This document shows, piece after piece, positions 61,429 through 64,000 of a DNA stretch of 64,000 bases. The notes beneath the pieces are model-generated. The model worked only from the letters and a program-made list of their open reading frames with translations, did no database searches and was not told the origin of the DNA. The first letter of the stretch is position 1. Each line of letters opens with the position of its first letter. This DNA comes from a virus (Duplodnaviria > Caudoviricetes). The stretch covers positions 64,001 to 128,000 of the IMG/VR virus record IMGVR_UViG_3300038300_000071; one strand, written 5' to 3'. A program made the translations under genes and the position numbers.

Positions 61429-62010
61429 ATGTATACGAATGTATCTAACTTAATAAAAACAGTGATAAGTCTTCTAGAACTTAATAAAGAAAGCATTGAC
61501 AAGTGCATTCAGATTTATGATGACAGAAGGACTTTACTTGTATTAGAGGGAATGAGAAAATCGTTGCCTGCTGATGCATTTCCTGTCTTGGAAATTGAGC
61601 CTTTAAGTGGAACTACTGAATGGGCTACAACAAGAGCTCAAAGGCCACGATATCAGTTTGAATGCACTTTAACAGTTATAAATAACAATGAAGAGTTAAG
61701 CGTTGAATACGTTGCTACAATTGCTAATGCAATAATAAGCATCATGTCTAATCCTCAGAATCTTCAGATGATAGTTGACAATGAGTTTATGTGGAATGTA
61801 AATGGTGGGCTTAATCCAACTAAGATTTTAGATAGTAATGTAGACAATGTAATCTACAATTCGAATAAGGAAGGAACGATAAGGGTGATAACATGGTATT
61901 GGTATGCATTGATACATGAAACATATCCAACGTGGGCTTTCGACTGTGGGCAGTTGAATGCAAATGTTCCTACTGTGGTAAAGCCTAAGAGTATAGATTT
62001 GGGCGACTAA
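61429..62010 (+). CDS. Probable tail completion/terminator protein
   Basis: Position; FPVLEIEP motif. Confidence 0.45.
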   Translation: MYTNVSNLIKTVISLLELNKESIDKCIQIYDDRRTLLVLEGMRKSLPADAFPVLEIEPLSGTTEWATTRAQRPRYQFECTLTVINNNEELSVEYVATIANAIISIMSNPQNLQMIVDNEFMWNVNGGLNPTKILDSNVDNVIYNSNKEGTIRVITWYWYALIHETYPTWAFDCGQLNANVPTVVKPKSIDLGD

Positions 62011-62031
62011 TAAAAAATTAAAGGTAATGAA

Positions 62032-63138
62032 ATGGGATTAATTGATCCAGTAACACTAATAGAAGTGATTGACAGAGCTGCTTGGCAATACGAGCAGTTG
62101 CTGAATGTTAGCTTGATTATAAATCCAGATCCAACAAACACTGGATATTATCAAATGATTACAATTACCGATGACCCAGATCAAGAGATACCTATGTTGC
62201 AAGGGCTTTTGACTGTAGACAGCGACTTTGCTGTTGAGGGAATGGTAAGAGGAACTAAATTGCCTAATGTAGTTGGAATAATGCAAAATCACTTTATAAG
62301 AGTGACGGAAGCAGGCGGCATGGATGGTTATCTTTTTACGAACAATCTAAGGGCAAGTGATTTTTATAGTCAAATTAATAAAATTAGTCTTGGCCAGTAT
62401 TTGCTTGCAGTAAATGTATTTTCAGAAGCAGACGATACTTTTGGATTTGTCGAGATAACTACTGGGCCGCTGATAGATTTTACAGATGGTATAAACTATG
62501 GAAATGGAAGTCAGTTTCAAGAAGCGGATGGAACAGCTTTTGCAGCGACTCAATTAAAAATAGTCACTACAAGTATTATTGGAGCTTCAAATATAGAGCT
62601 GACAATATCTGTAAAGGATATAAATGATAACCCAGCGACAATTGACATTACCATTCCATCTGGGAGTGCGTTGGGAACAGAGTTGCTGATAGGAACAACA
62701 TCGGATAGATTTTTAGATGTAATGGGTGTAAGCTATCAAGGAGCTGCTACTCAGTTTGGAACAGTAGGAGATACGTTTAGAATTGCGAATGAAAAAGAAA
62801 GACAAATCACGGCAGCAAAGGGTGGAATTTTAATAAATGATTTCAGTCTGTTGTCTGGGGATACAGTAACGGTGGATGGAGTAGCTTTGGTTGAAGGAGT
62901 TGACTGGATTGCCTCTGCTGATAATAATGCAACATCTGTTTCATTGTCAGATGCTATTAATGGTAATGTACCAAGTGTAGAAGCGGTAACTGCTGGCAAC
63001 ACGTTGGCAGTTGGAAGTTGGATAATCATTACGGCAGATGTTGCCGGAACAGCAGGAAACAGTATAGCGATGACAACTGATGATGTAGACTCAGGTCTTG
63101 CATTGTCAGGAAGTACATTGTCAGGCGGATTGGATTAG
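62032..63138 (+). CDS. Virion structural protein
   Basis: C-terminal module shared with 59977-60657. Confidence 0.55.
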   Translation: MGLIDPVTLIEVIDRAAWQYEQLLNVSLIINPDPTNTGYYQMITITDDPDQEIPMLQGLLTVDSDFAVEGMVRGTKLPNVVGIMQNHFIRVTEAGGMDGYLFTNNLRASDFYSQINKISLGQYLLAVNVFSEADDTFGFVEITTGPLIDFTDGINYGNGSQFQEADGTAFAATQLKIVTTSIIGASNIELTISVKDINDNPATIDITIPSGSALGTELLIGTTSDRFLDVMGVSYQGAATQFGTVGDTFRIANEKERQITAAKGGILINDFSLLSGDTVTVDGVALVEGVDWIASADNNATSVSLSDAINGNVPSVEAVTAGNTLAVGSWIIITADVAGTAGNSIAMTTDDVDSGLALSGSTLSGGLD

Positions 63139-63286
63139 AATAGTGCTTAATGGCTATTGTTGTTTGATTCAAAGTGTTTAAGTGAAAGGCGGATAGCGCC
63201 TTAAGTATATTTTTTTTATATTATTGTTTTATATGACATGTATAAAGAAAAAATTTTATGATCTATTATTATTAAGGAGATAAATT

Positions 63287-64000
63287 ATGGGTATGGGATA
63301 CCAAGGGTTCGTTAGAATCTTCGAAAATGGCGGAACGCCTCCAACAAATCCAGTTGTTTTATTGGCAACTGGTGCTAGTGTTAACTTGATTCTTGAACCT
63401 ATTTATTCCACATCCGTGTGGGGTGCTGGTTGGTACAATGCAGCTACTACAGCTCATTACGCCGATGGCCCAATTAGATTCGAGGGTACTGTTGATATTG
63501 AGTTACAGACAAATGAAACTTGGGAATTTTTAAGACAATGGGTAGTTGACAGAAGAGCTTTTCCACGTTCAATTGATATTTCACCAGATGGTGTTTTTCT
63601 ATATCAGTATCACACTGCGGATGCCTATGGAACTCCAACACAGTGTGCTGCAACATTAGGAGCATGGTGTTCAAGTTTTGATTTAAGTACTTCTGAAGGT
63701 TCATTCGTAACTGCCTCAACTGGTATTACTGCGTTGAATCGTAATGAAATACAGTTAGGTGTTGACAATCAAAATCCAGCAAGTACTGCCAACCCTGCGA
63801 TTACTTATTGTACTCAGCAGTTTGGTATTGTTGCCGGAGACTATGCTTCTTCATTCGGCCCTTCAAATCCATTAAACCCTTGTGCGGACAATGTTAATCC
63901 GATTCCATTCTGGAAAACACAAGCGAGTATTTTTGACTTGGAAGCTGAAAGAACAGGAAGTTGCGCATTGGATACATCAGTAATGCCTTATAGTGTTTTC
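63287..64000 (+). CDS. Probable tail tube protein (runs off the window end)
   Basis: AAGGAG RBS; MGMGYQGFVRIF...FEGTVDIEL; open to the end of the window. Confidence 0.55.
   Translation, partial: MGMGYQGFVRIFENGGTPPTNPVVLLATGASVNLILEPIYSTSVWGAGWYNAATTAHYADGPIRFEGTVDIELQTNETWEFLRQWVVDRRAFPRSIDISPDGVFLYQYHTADAYGTPTQCAATLGAWCSSFDLSTSEGSFVTASTGITALNRNEIQLGVDNQNPASTANPAITYCTQQFGIVAGDYASSFGPSNPLNPCADNVNPIPFWKTQASIFDLEAERTGSCALDTSVMPYSVF

Overview
AT-rich segment of a large (jumbo-type) tailed bacteriophage genome. It uses the standard genetic code and nearly all genes are on the + strand. Positions 1-33 kb hold accessory and host-takeover genes: a TGT/DpdA-like protein, glycosyltransferase, DNA methyltransferase, 2H phosphoesterase, PEP-CTERM protein, nucleotidyltransferase, Fpr, SufE, PhoH, Pth2-like protein, DHFR, GroES/GroEL, and NusG-like and sigma-like proteins. 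Interspersed are 14 canonical tRNA genes, one atypical possible amber-suppressor tRNA and several tRNA-shaped ncRNAs. Positions 33-64 kb are the virion morphogenesis module (terminase, TopoIB-SprT fusion, portal, a 2129-aa repeat protein, prohead protease, scaffolds, major capsid, neck and tail-tube genes). The main finding is that each of the two tRNA operons is headed by a sigma70 promoter, a short leader ORF and an intrinsic terminator. Each leader's codons match the tRNAs carried downstream in that operon, and its last codons can base-pair with the terminator's 5' arm. This looks like ribosome-mediated attenuation that switches phage tRNAs on when the matching host tRNAs fail. A third element, an amber-interrupted RGPP uORF next to the possible suppressor tRNA, appears to control a peptidyl-tRNA hydrolase-like operon. 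All calls are by eye; no database searches or folding programs were run.
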